From the NCBI GenBank assembly GCA_963544395.1, contig CAUUFA010000008.1, forward strand, positions 12,243 through 76,242: a stretch of DNA of 64,000 nt, read 5' to 3'. Shown in pieces: positions 8,149 through 17,987 of the stretch. Below the pieces are notes generated by a model, which saw only the letters and a program-made list of their open reading frames with translations, ran no database searches and was not told where the DNA came from. The position numbers were made by a program, and so were the translations under genes. How positions within the stretch are numbered: the stretch's first letter is position 1; each line of letters begins with the position of its first letter. Origin of the DNA: an uncultured Bacilli bacterium. Lineage in GTDB: Bacteria; Bacillota_I; Bacilli_A; RFN20; CAG-288.

Positions 8149-9648
8149 TTACAGATATTTAGCCGATAGGCGCAAGAGCTCTTCCTGGTTGGTTTCTTTG
8201 GTGTTTACGATGCCGGATATGCGATGGTTGGACATGACGGCAATGCGGTTCGTGACGCCGAGAATCTCCGGCATTTCCGAGGAGACCATTATGATGGTCT
8301 TGCCTTCTTTTGCCATCCTAATGATCAACTCATAGATCTCATATTTTGCACCGACATCGATACCTCTTGTCGGCTCATCCATCAGGAAGACGTCCGGGTT
8401 GCGGTCAGCCCACTTGCCGATGATGACTTTCTGCTGGTTGCCGCCAGAGAGCGCCGTAATCAGATCGTGAACGGAGAAGGCTTTGGTATGCATGACGCTG
8501 ACTTCTCGCTTCGTTGCTTCTTCCATCCACTTGTCCTGAAGGACATGGTACTTAGAATACCGGTCAAGGTTTGTGATGCAGGTGTTGAAGACGAGGTCGG
8601 CTTTGCCGAACATGCCGTTGACCTTGCGTTCCTCTGTAATCAAGGCAAAGTTGTAGGACATCGCTTCCTTGGCATCTTTGAAGCGAAGCTTCTGACCTTG
8701 ATATTCGATGTATCCGCTGGAGATGGTACGGAGGCCGAACATCGCCTCAAGCAACTCAGATCGACCGGCACCGACAAGGCCATAAATACCAAATATTTCA
8801 CCTTTTCTAACAGTAAAATCGATGTTATCCAGGAAAGGAGCATAAGCGGTCGAAAGAGAGTGAACCGAGAAGATCGGTTTGCCGGGGGCGTTATCAACGT
8901 CCGGGAATCGCTTATCCAGGGATCTGCCGACCATAGCTTTGATCAGCTCATCCATGTTCGTATCTTTCGTATCTTTCGTCATGATCATCTGACCATCACG
9001 GAGGACGGAGACTTCATCGCAGATTTCAAAGATTTCATCCATCTTGTGGGAAATGTAGATGAAAGAGACGCCGAACTGTTTCAGTTGTCGAACAATCTCA
9101 AAGAGCTTCTGAACCTCTCTCTCGGAGAGAGAAGAAGTCGGTTCATCCAAGACGATGACCTTGGCGTTGTAGGAGACCGCCTTAGCAATCTCGATCATCT
9201 GTCTCTGAGAGACAGACAAGGTCTTCGTCAGAACAGTCGGATCGACATTCATCTTCAGAGAACGGAAAAGGCGATTGGCTCTCGTCAGCATCTCTTTTTC
9301 GTTGACGATACCAAACCGGTCGGTGATGTATCTTCCCAAGAACAGATTGTCGAGAACGGTTCGTTCCAAGCACTGGTTCAACTCCTGATGAACCATGGCA
9401 ATACCATGTTCAAGCGCTTCTTTCGGATCGGTGAAATTGACCTGTTTTCCATCGAAGATGATCGTTCCTTCGTCTTTGGCATAGATGCCGAAAAGACACT
9501 TCATCATGGTGGATTTTCCGGCACCATTCTCACCCATCAGGCCCATGACGGCCCCGGGTTTCACTTTCAATGTGATGCCACGCAGAACTTGGTTCTTGCC
9601 GAATGCCTTCGACAGACCGTTCAACTCCAGAATATATTGATCTGCCAT
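8149..9648 (-). CDS. sugar ABC transporter ATP-binding protein, duplicated ATPase (MglA/RbsA-type)
   Basis: Two Walker A motifs (GENGAGKST, GLVGAGRSE) and two signature motifs (LSVSQRQ, LSGGNQQK). Start at ATG 9648 (AAGGAG upstream) rather than the track start 9687. Confidence 0.92.
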   Translation of the reverse strand: MADQYILELNGLSKAFGKNQVLRGITLKVKPGAVMGLMGENGAGKSTMMKCLFGIYAKDEGTIIFDGKQVNFTDPKEALEHGIAMVHQELNQCLERTVLDNLFLGRYITDRFGIVNEKEMLTRANRLFRSLKMNVDPTVLTKTLSVSQRQMIEIAKAVSYNAKVIVLDEPTSSLSEREVQKLFEIVRQLKQFGVSFIYISHKMDEIFEICDEVSVLRDGQMIMTKDTKDTNMDELIKAMVGRSLDKRFPDVDNAPGKPIFSVHSLSTAYAPFLDNIDFTVRKGEIFGIYGLVGAGRSELLEAMFGLRTISSGYIEYQGQKLRFKDAKEAMSYNFALITEERKVNGMFGKADLVFNTCITNLDRYSKYHVLQDKWMEEATKREVSVMHTKAFSVHDLITALSGGNQQKVIIGKWADRNPDVFLMDEPTRGIDVGAKYEIYELIIRMAKEGKTIIMVSSEMPEILGVTNRIAVMSNHRISGIVNTKETNQEELLRLSAKYL

Positions 9649-9671
9649 GATGCACTCCTTTTTCAATAAAT

Positions 9672-9718
9672 CAAAAACAAGCAACAAGCTGCGGCTGGTT
9701 TTTACCAGCCGCAGCTTG
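9672..9718 (-). terminator. intercistronic terminator/attenuator between the binding-protein and ATPase genes
   Basis: 15-bp perfect stem, CAAGCTGCGGCTGGT (9685..9699) with ACCAGCCGCAGCTTG (9704..9718). On the minus strand it is followed by TTGCTTGTTTTT. Confidence 0.8.
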
Positions 9719-9743
9719 CTAAAGCTACTGATTCAAATCGGCG

Positions 9744-10943
9744 TTAGGCTAACTTCTTGGTGTAGTTGCTACCAGAGTTAGTCTTGACCATATTGATAGC
9801 ATACGCATCATAGTTACCCAAATTGGAGAAGTTCTCAGTGACGGAGTTCTCGGATTGACCATCACCATCGACTTCGTGGAGTTCAATGTTCATCAACTTC
9901 GCATAGTACTTAACGGCAGGCATATAAGAGGAAGAAAGGAAGTTATCAGAGCCGTTGTATAAGTCGATCCAGAGCTTAATCTTCTTGGCCTTGGCGGTGA
10001 CGTCCTTGATACCCTCATCTCTGACGGTCTTTGTCGCAGAATAATACTGATCGATATTTGTGGCAGTGACCGCAGAATTGGCGGCTAAAACTGCCTTTGT
10101 CTCTGCGATGTAAGCCATAGAAGGAGTGATCTTGTTGCCATACTGATCGACCTCGGAGAAACCTTTCTTGACCGCGTCCGCCGGAGTGACTCCGTCGAAG
10201 AGGTTGCGAACCATCTGTAAGGTACCAGCAGCCTGAGCGTCAACGTTCTGAGAAACGGTTCCTGTCATCGCTCCGGACTTGACATCAGCAAGGGCATCAG
10301 CGTTGGCATCATAACCAAAGAGAGGCGTCCCTGCCGTCCAGCTTGTCGAAGACTTCATACCCTCTGCCATACCATCGTTGTTCGAGACAACCATATTGAT
10401 CTGAGTTTTATACTGACCAGCCCAGGCAGTGAAAGCATCCTTTGCAGCATCAGCGTTCCAAGTAGAGCCATCAGAGCCGCTCATTGCCTTGGAAGCAAGC
10501 TCAACAACCTTGAGATCTCCGTCTTTGACCCTAACTGTGCCTTCAACTGAGTCACCAGCATTCGTAGAATTGTTCTTCACAGTCTTCAGAGCCTTACGGA
10601 TGCCGAGGGTTCTGGCCTTTGAGTCGTTGTGGCCTTCATCACCAATGGCAAGAACATAACCCAAGATTCCATCGCCATCCTTATCGAGTTCAGCCTTCGT
10701 CTTGGTCGCAAGATAATCCGTGATCATCTTACCCTGAACATCGCCGCCGGCAGCAGCATCGAAGCCGACATAAAAAGTCTTATCTGAGAAGTTCATCGTC
10801 TTTTTATCGATTTCACCAGTGCTCGGATCGGAAGGCTGACGATTGAAGAAGATGAGTGGCTTGTCCTTGTTGGCGACCTTCGTTCCGCCGCAAGAAGCTA
10901 ACATCGAAACACCGACTAACATAGGAATTAATATTTTTTTCAT
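9744..10943 (-). CDS. sugar-binding lipoprotein of the ABC transporter (PBP1, MglB/RbsB-like)
   Basis: Signal peptide plus lipobox MLASCGG. Periplasmic-binding-protein-like sequence, immediately upstream of the ATPase and permease genes. Confidence 0.85.
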   Translation of the reverse strand: MKKILIPMLVGVSMLASCGGTKVANKDKPLIFFNRQPSDPSTGEIDKKTMNFSDKTFYVGFDAAAGGDVQGKMITDYLATKTKAELDKDGDGILGYVLAIGDEGHNDSKARTLGIRKALKTVKNNSTNAGDSVEGTVRVKDGDLKVVELASKAMSGSDGSTWNADAAKDAFTAWAGQYKTQINMVVSNNDGMAEGMKSSTSWTAGTPLFGYDANADALADVKSGAMTGTVSQNVDAQAAGTLQMVRNLFDGVTPADAVKKGFSEVDQYGNKITPSMAYIAETKAVLAANSAVTATNIDQYYSATKTVRDEGIKDVTAKAKKIKLWIDLYNGSDNFLSSSYMPAVKYYAKLMNIELHEVDGDGQSENSVTENFSNLGNYDAYAINMVKTNSGSNYTKKLA

Positions 10944-11104
10944 GAAATACCCCCTTTTCCTATTGCAGAGGCATTCTAAATGAAAGGGCTTTTATGAGGA
11001 ATGGAATTTTCTACACAGTTTTTGAAAATTCTCTAAAATTCGTTTGGTTTTGCGATAGCTATGGGAAAACAGAGGTGCCGTGTTTTCGGGAAGATTTAAG
11101 AATC

Positions 11105-12169
11105 TTATCCTTGATTTTGGGTGATCAGCTGCTTATTCGACTCCGCCAGATCGGAGCTGAGAAGCGGTTCACCCTGGATGTAGATGCAGTTGTTCTCGGA
11201 GATCGGATAGCCGAAAGATTCGTCAATTTTCTGATGGCGCAAAAGGCGAAGGGAGAGCTGACAGATGGCATCAGCCTGCTTCTTGCCGTCGTTGCGAATG
11301 GTGGCATAAAGAAGGCCGGCTTTGAGTGCACTTAATCCGACTTCGGTGCCGTCGACGCCGATGACAGGGAAGGGCTGGCGTATGAAACTCTCGCTGAAGA
11401 CCTTTTCTTTGACCATCTCATCGATGATACCTAAGGCCATGTCGTCATTGTTAGAGAAGACGAGCTCGATCTCGTTGCCGTGCTCTTTGTAGATGGTCTC
11501 CATCTCCGCCTGAGCTTTCTTTCTCTGCCAGTTGGCATAGCGGGTCTCGATGAGGTCGATCTGATAGCCTCTCTCTTTCAGACCCTCGATGCAGTTCTTG
11601 GAGCGGAGCTCGGTGTCCTGATGATCGAGCTCCCCTTTGAAGAGGACGACCTGAATCCTTCCGTCTCCGTTTTTGTCATAGAGGGGATTGAGATGAGCGG
11701 GATCGCCGAAGAGGTCTGCGGCGATCTTGGCTTGAGAAAGCCCTTCGTGCTCCGGCGAGGTGCCGACATAATAGATGTCCGCATACTGGCTGATGCCATC
11801 CTTCATATCGCTGGAGAGTGGCTCCCGGTTGAAGAAGACGACCGGTGTCTTGGTCTGTCTGGCTTTCTCCATAATCGTCGGAGAAGCCATTCGGTCGACA
11901 GGATTGGCGATGATGACTTTGCTGCCTTTATCCATCTCTTCGACGATCTGCTCGTTCTGGATGAGCTGGCTGCGCTTGCCATCTAATATATTATAGGAGA
12001 CTTTGCTCTTGCTGAAGGTGTCGGTGATCTGGTTCTTCAAAGCGATGATGAAGGTGTCGGTCACATCGTAAAAGAAGATGTTGACATCCTTGGCCTGAGG
12101 CTGACAAGAGGAGAGGAACAGGGAGAAGAGGGCAACGATGATCGCTTTGATCCGAGGTTTATTCTTCAT
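11105..12169 (-). CDS. periplasmic-binding-protein-fold lipoprotein co-operonic with the kinase/regulator (probable extracellular sugar sensor)
   Basis: Lipobox LFLSSCQ and PBP1 (RbsB/LacI-fold)-like sequence. Overlaps the kinase stop codon by 11 nt. Confidence 0.8.
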   Translation of the reverse strand: MKNKPRIKAIIVALFSLFLSSCQPQAKDVNIFFYDVTDTFIIALKNQITDTFSKSKVSYNILDGKRSQLIQNEQIVEEMDKGSKVIIANPVDRMASPTIMEKARQTKTPVVFFNREPLSSDMKDGISQYADIYYVGTSPEHEGLSQAKIAADLFGDPAHLNPLYDKNGDGRIQVVLFKGELDHQDTELRSKNCIEGLKERGYQIDLIETRYANWQRKKAQAEMETIYKEHGNEIELVFSNNDDMALGIIDEMVKEKVFSESFIRQPFPVIGVDGTEVGLSALKAGLLYATIRNDGKKQADAICQLSLRLLRHQKIDESFGYPISENNCIYIQGEPLLSSDLAESNKQLITQNQG

Positions 12170-13916
12170 CTTTCAGGCATCCTTTCTTCGGAAGGCGGAT
12201 GTGGACCGCAGTCCCGACATCCATCGTCGATTCGATAGTCATTTCGGAATCCTGGCCGTAGTAGAGCCGGATTCTCTGGGCGACGTTTCGCATGCCGACA
12301 CCGAGGGCTTTGGTGTTGGTGTCTTTTAGAGAGTCCTGAAGCTCCTGAAGCTTCTCTGGCATCATGCCAAAGCCATTGTCCCTGAGGTCAAAGTAGAGGA
12401 AGTTGTTATCTTCGCTGGCACGGATATCGATCCTTGCATTGCCGCTTATTCCGCCAAGGTGCTCATCAAAGCCGTGAATCAAGGAGTTTTCGACGATGGG
12501 CTGAAGGATGAGCTTGATGGTGTAATACTGTCCTTTGATGTCGTTCTGGATATGGAACTGGAAGGAGTCGCCAAATCGCATCTTCTGAATCTTCAGATAA
12601 TAAGCGACGTGATCGAGCTCGTTCTCAAGCGAAATGATGTTCTTGCCTCTGGAGATGGAGAGGCGGAAGAAGCGGCTTAAAGCGACGATCATCCGCTCGG
12701 CTTTCTCGTTCTCTTTCTCATCGATGAGGTAGATGATGGAGTCGAGGGTGTTGTAGAGGAAGTGGGGGTTGATCTGGTTCTGTAAAGCCTGAAGCTGAGC
12801 CTTGGTCTCCTCTTTCTCTTCCTGGACGACTTTCTGGGCGAGGTCGTGGATGCGGTTGATCATCGAGGTGTAGGAGCGGTTGAGAGACATGATCTCGGTC
12901 GGACCATTGATCTCGATGTTCCTCTGCTCCTGAAAGTCGAGGTCTTCGACTTGAGACATCTTGATCTGCAATTGGATGAGAGGGCTGGTGAGCTGCCTCG
13001 CGGAGAAGGCGAGGACGACGAAGAAGACGATCAAGAAGATGGCGCTGATGCCGATGGAGGAGATGAGGAGCTTCTGAAGCAGGATGACGACGGTGTCGAA
13101 GTTGCTGATGATGGCGATGCGCCAGGAGGTGTTCTGGATGGTGGAGAGGTAGGCAAAGAGCTTGTAGCCTCCTTCCTCAAACTGAACGGTGCCGATGACC
13201 TGCTTCTTGAGGATGTTCATCTCGTGGACGCTGATGTTCTCGGCGGAGGAGTAGATGATGTTGTAATGGAGGTCGTAGATGATGATGTGTCCGCCGTTTC
13301 CTAACCTCGTGTAATTGATCTGGTTGGAGAGCGTCGTGAAGTTGTAATCGATCTTGAAGACGAGGCGATAGGCATTGCTGTTTGCGGAGATGAGGTGAGA
13401 GAGGGTGAAGTAGGAATTGGCCGAGGAGCCGGAGATCGGAGAGAAGTGGTTGATGAGAGGCTCTTTGAGCGCCAGGTTGAACCAGTTCTGAGCGAGGACT
13501 TCCTCTTTCGAAAGCTCGTTGACATAAGTGGAGTTTCCGACAATAAAGCTGCCGTCGAGGTCGTAGAGAGAGACGGAGATCATATCCTTGGAGGTCGTCA
13601 TCAAAGCATCGAGGTACTTCTTCTCCTGCTCTTTGTCGTTTTTGACATCGGTGTTCTCTAAGTTGCCTTGGATCGACACCGAGACGTTGATGACGTTATT
13701 GACATATCCTTCGTAGTTGCTGATGGCCTGCTCGGAGGTGGCGATGGTTTGCTGGGAGAAGTTGGTCTGGATGGTGTTAGCGAACGTGAAATAGACCACC
13801 ACGATCATGGCGGCGACAAAGATCAGAATCAGTGGACTGATATATAAGTAGAGCTCGTGAGCGAAAGAGTGGCGGTAGCGCCAGCTCTTACGCTTTGTCT
13901 TCTTTCCGGAAGTCAT
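12159..13916 (-). CDS. sensor histidine kinase, YesM/LytS-type (2 TM, extracellular domain, HAMP, His_kinase, HATPase)
   Basis: H-box region NPHFLYNTLDSI and ATPase motifs DNGFGM and GVGMRNV. Two TM segments flank a ~250-aa extracytoplasmic domain. Confidence 0.9.
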   Translation of the reverse strand: MTSGKKTKRKSWRYRHSFAHELYLYISPLILIFVAAMIVVVYFTFANTIQTNFSQQTIATSEQAISNYEGYVNNVINVSVSIQGNLENTDVKNDKEQEKKYLDALMTTSKDMISVSLYDLDGSFIVGNSTYVNELSKEEVLAQNWFNLALKEPLINHFSPISGSSANSYFTLSHLISANSNAYRLVFKIDYNFTTLSNQINYTRLGNGGHIIIYDLHYNIIYSSAENISVHEMNILKKQVIGTVQFEEGGYKLFAYLSTIQNTSWRIAIISNFDTVVILLQKLLISSIGISAIFLIVFFVVLAFSARQLTSPLIQLQIKMSQVEDLDFQEQRNIEINGPTEIMSLNRSYTSMINRIHDLAQKVVQEEKEETKAQLQALQNQINPHFLYNTLDSIIYLIDEKENEKAERMIVALSRFFRLSISRGKNIISLENELDHVAYYLKIQKMRFGDSFQFHIQNDIKGQYYTIKLILQPIVENSLIHGFDEHLGGISGNARIDIRASEDNNFLYFDLRDNGFGMMPEKLQELQDSLKDTNTKALGVGMRNVAQRIRLYYGQDSEMTIESTMDVGTAVHIRLPKKGCLKDEE

Positions 13917-15474
13917 CCGGCGTCTCTCCTGTGTACTTCTTGAAGCAGTGGGAGAAGTAATAGGGATCCGAATAACCGACGGCGGTGGAGATAGAGAGGA
14001 TTTTGTTCTCCGGGTTCCGTAAAAGCTCCTTGGCTTTCTCCATCCGGAAGCTGGTGGTCAGCTTGGTGAAGGAGGTTCCATTGTTCTTCAGGATGGCGGA
14101 GATATAGCTGACGGAGTAACCGAGCTCTTTGGCCAGTTTCTCGATGGAGATGTCGGTGTTCATATAGTTGGCTTCCACGTAGGACCGGATGTGATCTAAC
14201 GAGGAACGGATATCAGAGATACGGTTTTTCTCATTGATGCGAAGGACCCTACGGACAAGGTCGCTCAGGTATTCGATGACGGCCTCTTTGCTCTTGAGCT
14301 CGTTGAGGTGATCCTGGACTTCGATCGGGGTGGAATAGTCTTTATAGAACACGGATAAGGAGAGGCAGGATTTAAGGATCGACTCTAGAATGTTAGAGAG
14401 GATGAAGGCGTAGCTTTCCTTGTATTCGATCGTGGAGATCTGATGCAAGAGAGAGGAGATCAGAGAGAGCGCATCCGTTTCTTTGCCGTAGGAGATGTAG
14501 TAATTGAGCTTCTTGTATTCGTTCTCATCGACTTTGCCGATGGTTCTGGTCTCATCGTCTTTTTCAAGGTCCTCAAAGAGGAGGACGAGGTTCTTGCCTA
14601 GGATCGTCCGATACTCTAGTGTCCGCTTCGCATGGCGGAACATCTTGCGGTAATTGATCTCCTGGGTCTGCTCTTCGGAGACACCGCAGGAAAGGGAGGT
14701 TCCTAAGGAGTGACCGGCTTTGATGAGGATCCGTTTGAGGTGATTGGTCAGCAGGTTGTTATCTAACGGGGATTTTGAGGTGAAGAGGACGACTAAGGAA
14801 GGAGCGATCATCGCTGTATAGAAAGTGAGGTCGGAAAACTCTTGGCCAAGCGCAATTCTGCACTCTTCAGCGATACCCTGGACGCAAGTAAGTTCGCTGT
14901 TTTCGGCATCGGGTGAAATATAGACTATCCGCTGATATTGCGGAGTGAGGTCGATGCCGTCTTTCTTCAGCTTCTCTCGGAAGTCTTCGGGCACTTCCTT
15001 CAGGGTGGAAAGGATTTCCAGATCATCCGATTGCACCAAGCTCTGATTGGATTTCTCCTGCTCCGCCAATCGCTTCTGGCTCTCGCCGAGCGAGAAATTG
15101 TGATCGAGCTTCTCCTTGGCTTCATCGAGAGACTGCTTCATCTCGAAGGAATCGATGGGCTTGAGGAGGTAGTGGATGACGCCTAGGGAGATCGCCTCTT
15201 TGGCGTAGTCAAAGGAGTCGAAGCCGGAGATGATGATGGACTGCACCATGGGAAGCTCGATCTTGGCCTGCTTGATCAGGTCGATGCCGCTGACATAAGG
15301 CATGCGGATATCCGTGATGATGAGATCGGGTTCAAGCTCGAGCCCGTTCTCGATGGCATCGAAGCCGTTCTCGTAGCAGCCGACCACTTCAAACGTGTCC
15401 TTGAAGGGTTCAAGGAGTTTCCGGATGCGGTTTCTTTCGCTGGCTTCGTCTTCGGCGATGATGACTTTGTACAT
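13888..15474 (-). CDS. response regulator with AraC-type HTH output (YesN-type)
   Basis: Receiver domain (YKVIIAEDE..., IITDIRMP) and C-terminal AraC HTH (GYSDPYYFSHCFKKYTGETP). Overlaps the kinase start by 29 nt. Confidence 0.9.
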   Translation of the reverse strand: MYKVIIAEDEASERNRIRKLLEPFKDTFEVVGCYENGFDAIENGLELEPDLIITDIRMPYVSGIDLIKQAKIELPMVQSIIISGFDSFDYAKEAISLGVIHYLLKPIDSFEMKQSLDEAKEKLDHNFSLGESQKRLAEQEKSNQSLVQSDDLEILSTLKEVPEDFREKLKKDGIDLTPQYQRIVYISPDAENSELTCVQGIAEECRIALGQEFSDLTFYTAMIAPSLVVLFTSKSPLDNNLLTNHLKRILIKAGHSLGTSLSCGVSEEQTQEINYRKMFRHAKRTLEYRTILGKNLVLLFEDLEKDDETRTIGKVDENEYKKLNYYISYGKETDALSLISSLLHQISTIEYKESYAFILSNILESILKSCLSLSVFYKDYSTPIEVQDHLNELKSKEAVIEYLSDLVRRVLRINEKNRISDIRSSLDHIRSYVEANYMNTDISIEKLAKELGYSVSYISAILKNNGTSFTKLTTSFRMEKAKELLRNPENKILSISTAVGYSDPYYFSHCFKKYTGETPDDFRKEDKA

Positions 15475-15545
15475 GATCAGTTCCTTTTCTCTATCGTATC
15501 AAAAATGATTCGGATAAGCTTTTCAAAATCAGGAAAAGCAGAGAA

Positions 15546-15887
15546 TCAGGCGTCTTTCTTCTCTTCCTTTATCGCCGGAGCAAGACCGGCAGTCGCAGTG
15601 ATCGGCAGAGAGATGATGATGCCTCTTCCCTTGGTGGAAAGACCGGCTTCCTCGTAGATCTGCTTCATCACCGGATCCTTGATCTTCCGATCGACGACGA
15701 TGAAGACCATCTCTTTCTCCGGCTGGATGACGATCCCGTAGAATTTGGCGAGGTCGGGACTTCCGGTGCCGCGGGCGACAGAGACGGTACCGCCGGTCGC
15801 ACCGGCGTGATTGGCCGCTGCCATCACCAGATCGGTCGTCCCTTTGTTGACGATGGCAAGGATCAGTTCATAACTGGTTGTTTCCAT
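15546..15887 (-). CDS. PII-like (GlnB-fold) signal-transduction protein
   Basis: 113 aa. The beta-alpha-beta pattern ELILAIVNKG...AGATGGTVSVARGTG...MVFIVVD...GRGIIISLPI aligns by eye with the GlnB/GlnK layout but has a short T-loop. Confidence 0.75.
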   Translation of the reverse strand: METTSYELILAIVNKGTTDLVMAAANHAGATGGTVSVARGTGSPDLAKFYGIVIQPEKEMVFIVVDRKIKDPVMKQIYEEAGLSTKGRGIIISLPITATAGLAPAIKEEKKDA

Positions 15888-16341
15888 TTCCGTGTAACCT
15901 CGTTTCTTCGTGTTGATCGGCTAAGAACTTATAGGCAGCGATGCCGCTGACGGCATCGATCGGACAGGCGAAGGCGATGCCTTTCGTCTGCGCGGAGATC
16001 TTGAATCGCTCGGTGGCGATGGATAAAAGTGAATTGACCAGGTCAGCTCTGACGAAGGTCAGAAGAATCTCCTTCTTTGTCGTATCGACGCCCATGATGT
16101 GACGGAATTCTTCCGGAGGCATAGAGTAGCCATAAAGGTCCATCGACATGGAGGCGCCGGCTTTCTGGTAGGCATCGATATAGTAGTCCGACTGCCCGCG
16201 GTTCATGATGGTGACGATGACGGAGAGCGGCTGAACCGCCTCTCGTTTCTCATAAGGGGGGAGTTTTTCCTTCTTTGTCTCCATCACTTCTTCGATGGAT
16301 TTCAGCTTTTTGATCTTGTTTAGAAGTCCCATATCATGCAC
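15868..16341 (-). CDS. second, divergent PII-like protein with an N-terminal extension
   Basis: 157 aa. Core LSVIVTIMNRG...AGASMSMDLYGYS...ILLTFV...GIAFACPI repeats the PII-like pattern. Overlaps both neighbouring genes (8 nt and 20 nt). Confidence 0.6.
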   Translation of the reverse strand: MHDMGLLNKIKKLKSIEEVMETKKEKLPPYEKREAVQPLSVIVTIMNRGQSDYYIDAYQKAGASMSMDLYGYSMPPEEFRHIMGVDTTKKEILLTFVRADLVNSLLSIATERFKISAQTKGIAFACPIDAVSGIAAYKFLADQHEETRLHGNGNNQL

Positions 16342-17974
16342 CTACGCTTTCTGTCTGAGTGGGGAGGTGGATGACCTGATCGTCGTCCGGTTCGATCGCC
16401 TGTTCGAGGGCTCTCTGATACGAGAGCTTGGTCTTGATGGTCGCCATGATGCCGACGACTTCCAAGGCGATGATCGGCATGACCGACATCAGACCGACGA
16501 CACCGAAGCCGTTCCGCATGATGAGCCTACCGTAGTCTGCATCTCCGCTGTACCGGCTGACGGAGAAGCCGATGAAAAGAGGAAGGAAAACACAGCTTGC
16601 CATCGTTCCGGTGGCGACGCCGGCGGCATCGATGGCGATGCCTACATAGATGTCGGGGGAGAAGAAGGCAAAGACGAGGGCCAAGAAGAAGAGCGGAACG
16701 ACGAAGTAGATGTAGTCGATGTTATACATGACGCGAAAGACGTTGAAGAGCAAAGCGGAGGAGGTGGCGACGCCTAAGGCGATGTAGATCACGGGCTGGG
16801 TGATGACACCGCGGCTGACTTCAGAGACGTTGACGGCTAAGACGCGGACAGAGGGTTCTGCTAGCATCGAGATGAAGCCCATGAGGACAACCGCAAGAGC
16901 AAAGAGCCACAGACGGCTCTCCCCCTGCGAGGCAAACCACTCGCCCATCCTCGTCACCAAGGGGATGAAACCAGACTCTGCCCCGAGGAAGAAGAAGACC
17001 ATGCCGACAAAGGTATAAGCGAATCCGATTGCAATCGAAGCTAAAGCTTTGCCTTTGATCTTGGCAAAGAGGTTGAAGATGATGAAGAAGATGATGATCG
17101 GCGTCATCGAGAAGGCGACGTCTCTGACGGAGTGGAGGAAGTTAGAAAGGTAAAGCGGTCCGATGCCTTGATAGTTGGTGAGCGGCACCATCATAGTATC
17201 TAAAATCGAGGTGTTCCCGGTGTCGCTGAATTTGGCGACCATCAAGTCCTGCATGCCGACGATCCTTCCCATCCGCTTCATCAAGACGGAGAAGATCATG
17301 ACGGCAAGGACGGTCCCTAACGAGCAGAGGCCGGAGTAGCCGAAGGAATCATCTTCGGCGTTCTCTCCGCCTAAGACGCGGGCGACGCCCATGCCTAAGG
17401 CGAGGATGAATGGCACGGTGATGACACCGGTGGTAACACCGCCGGAGTCAAAGAGGATCGTGAAGAAGTCCTGATCGGAGAAGAGACCGAGGGTAAAGAC
17501 GAGACCGTATCCGATCGTAAGCCAGTACTTCAAGGGTTTGTCGTAAACGACGCGGAGGATTGCGACAATCATGAACACGCCGACACCGATGGCTGCGATG
17601 ACAATCAGAAACCAGTCTTTGTCCGGGTTGATGCGGGAGGCGAGAACGCTGAGATCGGGTTCAGCCAGCGTAGCTAAAAAGCCCATGAGGGCGCCGATGA
17701 CAAGCAATAGGGTCAGAGACTTTCTCTTGGTCAAGGTCGTCCCGACAACTTCGCCGATCTTGGCGACGGATTTCTCAGCGCCGATCGCAAAGAAGGCGGT
17801 TCCTAAGATCATCGGAACGGAGGAAATTAAAAGTGAGGTCATGACCGGACCGAACTTCTCTCCGGAGGATTCGACGCTGAATCCAGGGATCACAAAATTC
17901 AGGGCCAGGACGACCAGGACGATCGGCAGGATGGATAGTGACGCTTCTTTGAAGCGGGCAAGTATTTGTTTCAT
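16334..17974 (-). CDS. polytopic membrane protein, fused two-repeat permease resembling the DUF1538 family
   Basis: 546 aa, about 12 or more hydrophobic segments, two internally similar halves. The family assignment is from memory of the DUF1538-plus-PII gene-neighbourhood pattern and is not verified. Confidence 0.6.
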   Translation of the reverse strand: MKQILARFKEASLSILPIVLVVLALNFVIPGFSVESSGEKFGPVMTSLLISSVPMILGTAFFAIGAEKSVAKIGEVVGTTLTKRKSLTLLLVIGALMGFLATLAEPDLSVLASRINPDKDWFLIVIAAIGVGVFMIVAILRVVYDKPLKYWLTIGYGLVFTLGLFSDQDFFTILFDSGGVTTGVITVPFILALGMGVARVLGGENAEDDSFGYSGLCSLGTVLAVMIFSVLMKRMGRIVGMQDLMVAKFSDTGNTSILDTMMVPLTNYQGIGPLYLSNFLHSVRDVAFSMTPIIIFFIIFNLFAKIKGKALASIAIGFAYTFVGMVFFFLGAESGFIPLVTRMGEWFASQGESRLWLFALAVVLMGFISMLAEPSVRVLAVNVSEVSRGVITQPVIYIALGVATSSALLFNVFRVMYNIDYIYFVVPLFFLALVFAFFSPDIYVGIAIDAAGVATGTMASCVFLPLFIGFSVSRYSGDADYGRLIMRNGFGVVGLMSVMPIIALEVVGIMATIKTKLSYQRALEQAIEPDDDQVIHLPTQTESVGA

Positions 17975-17987
17975 AGGATTGTTCCGG

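Noticed and set aside
8224-9669. 481-aa plus-strand ORF exactly antisense to the sugar ABC ATPase gene.
   Set aside because: Its translation is low-complexity (D/G/R/H/L-rich) and has no motifs. The minus-strand frame carries two complete Walker A, signature and Walker B sets. It is a shadow ORF, favoured because the coding strand uses C-ending codons.
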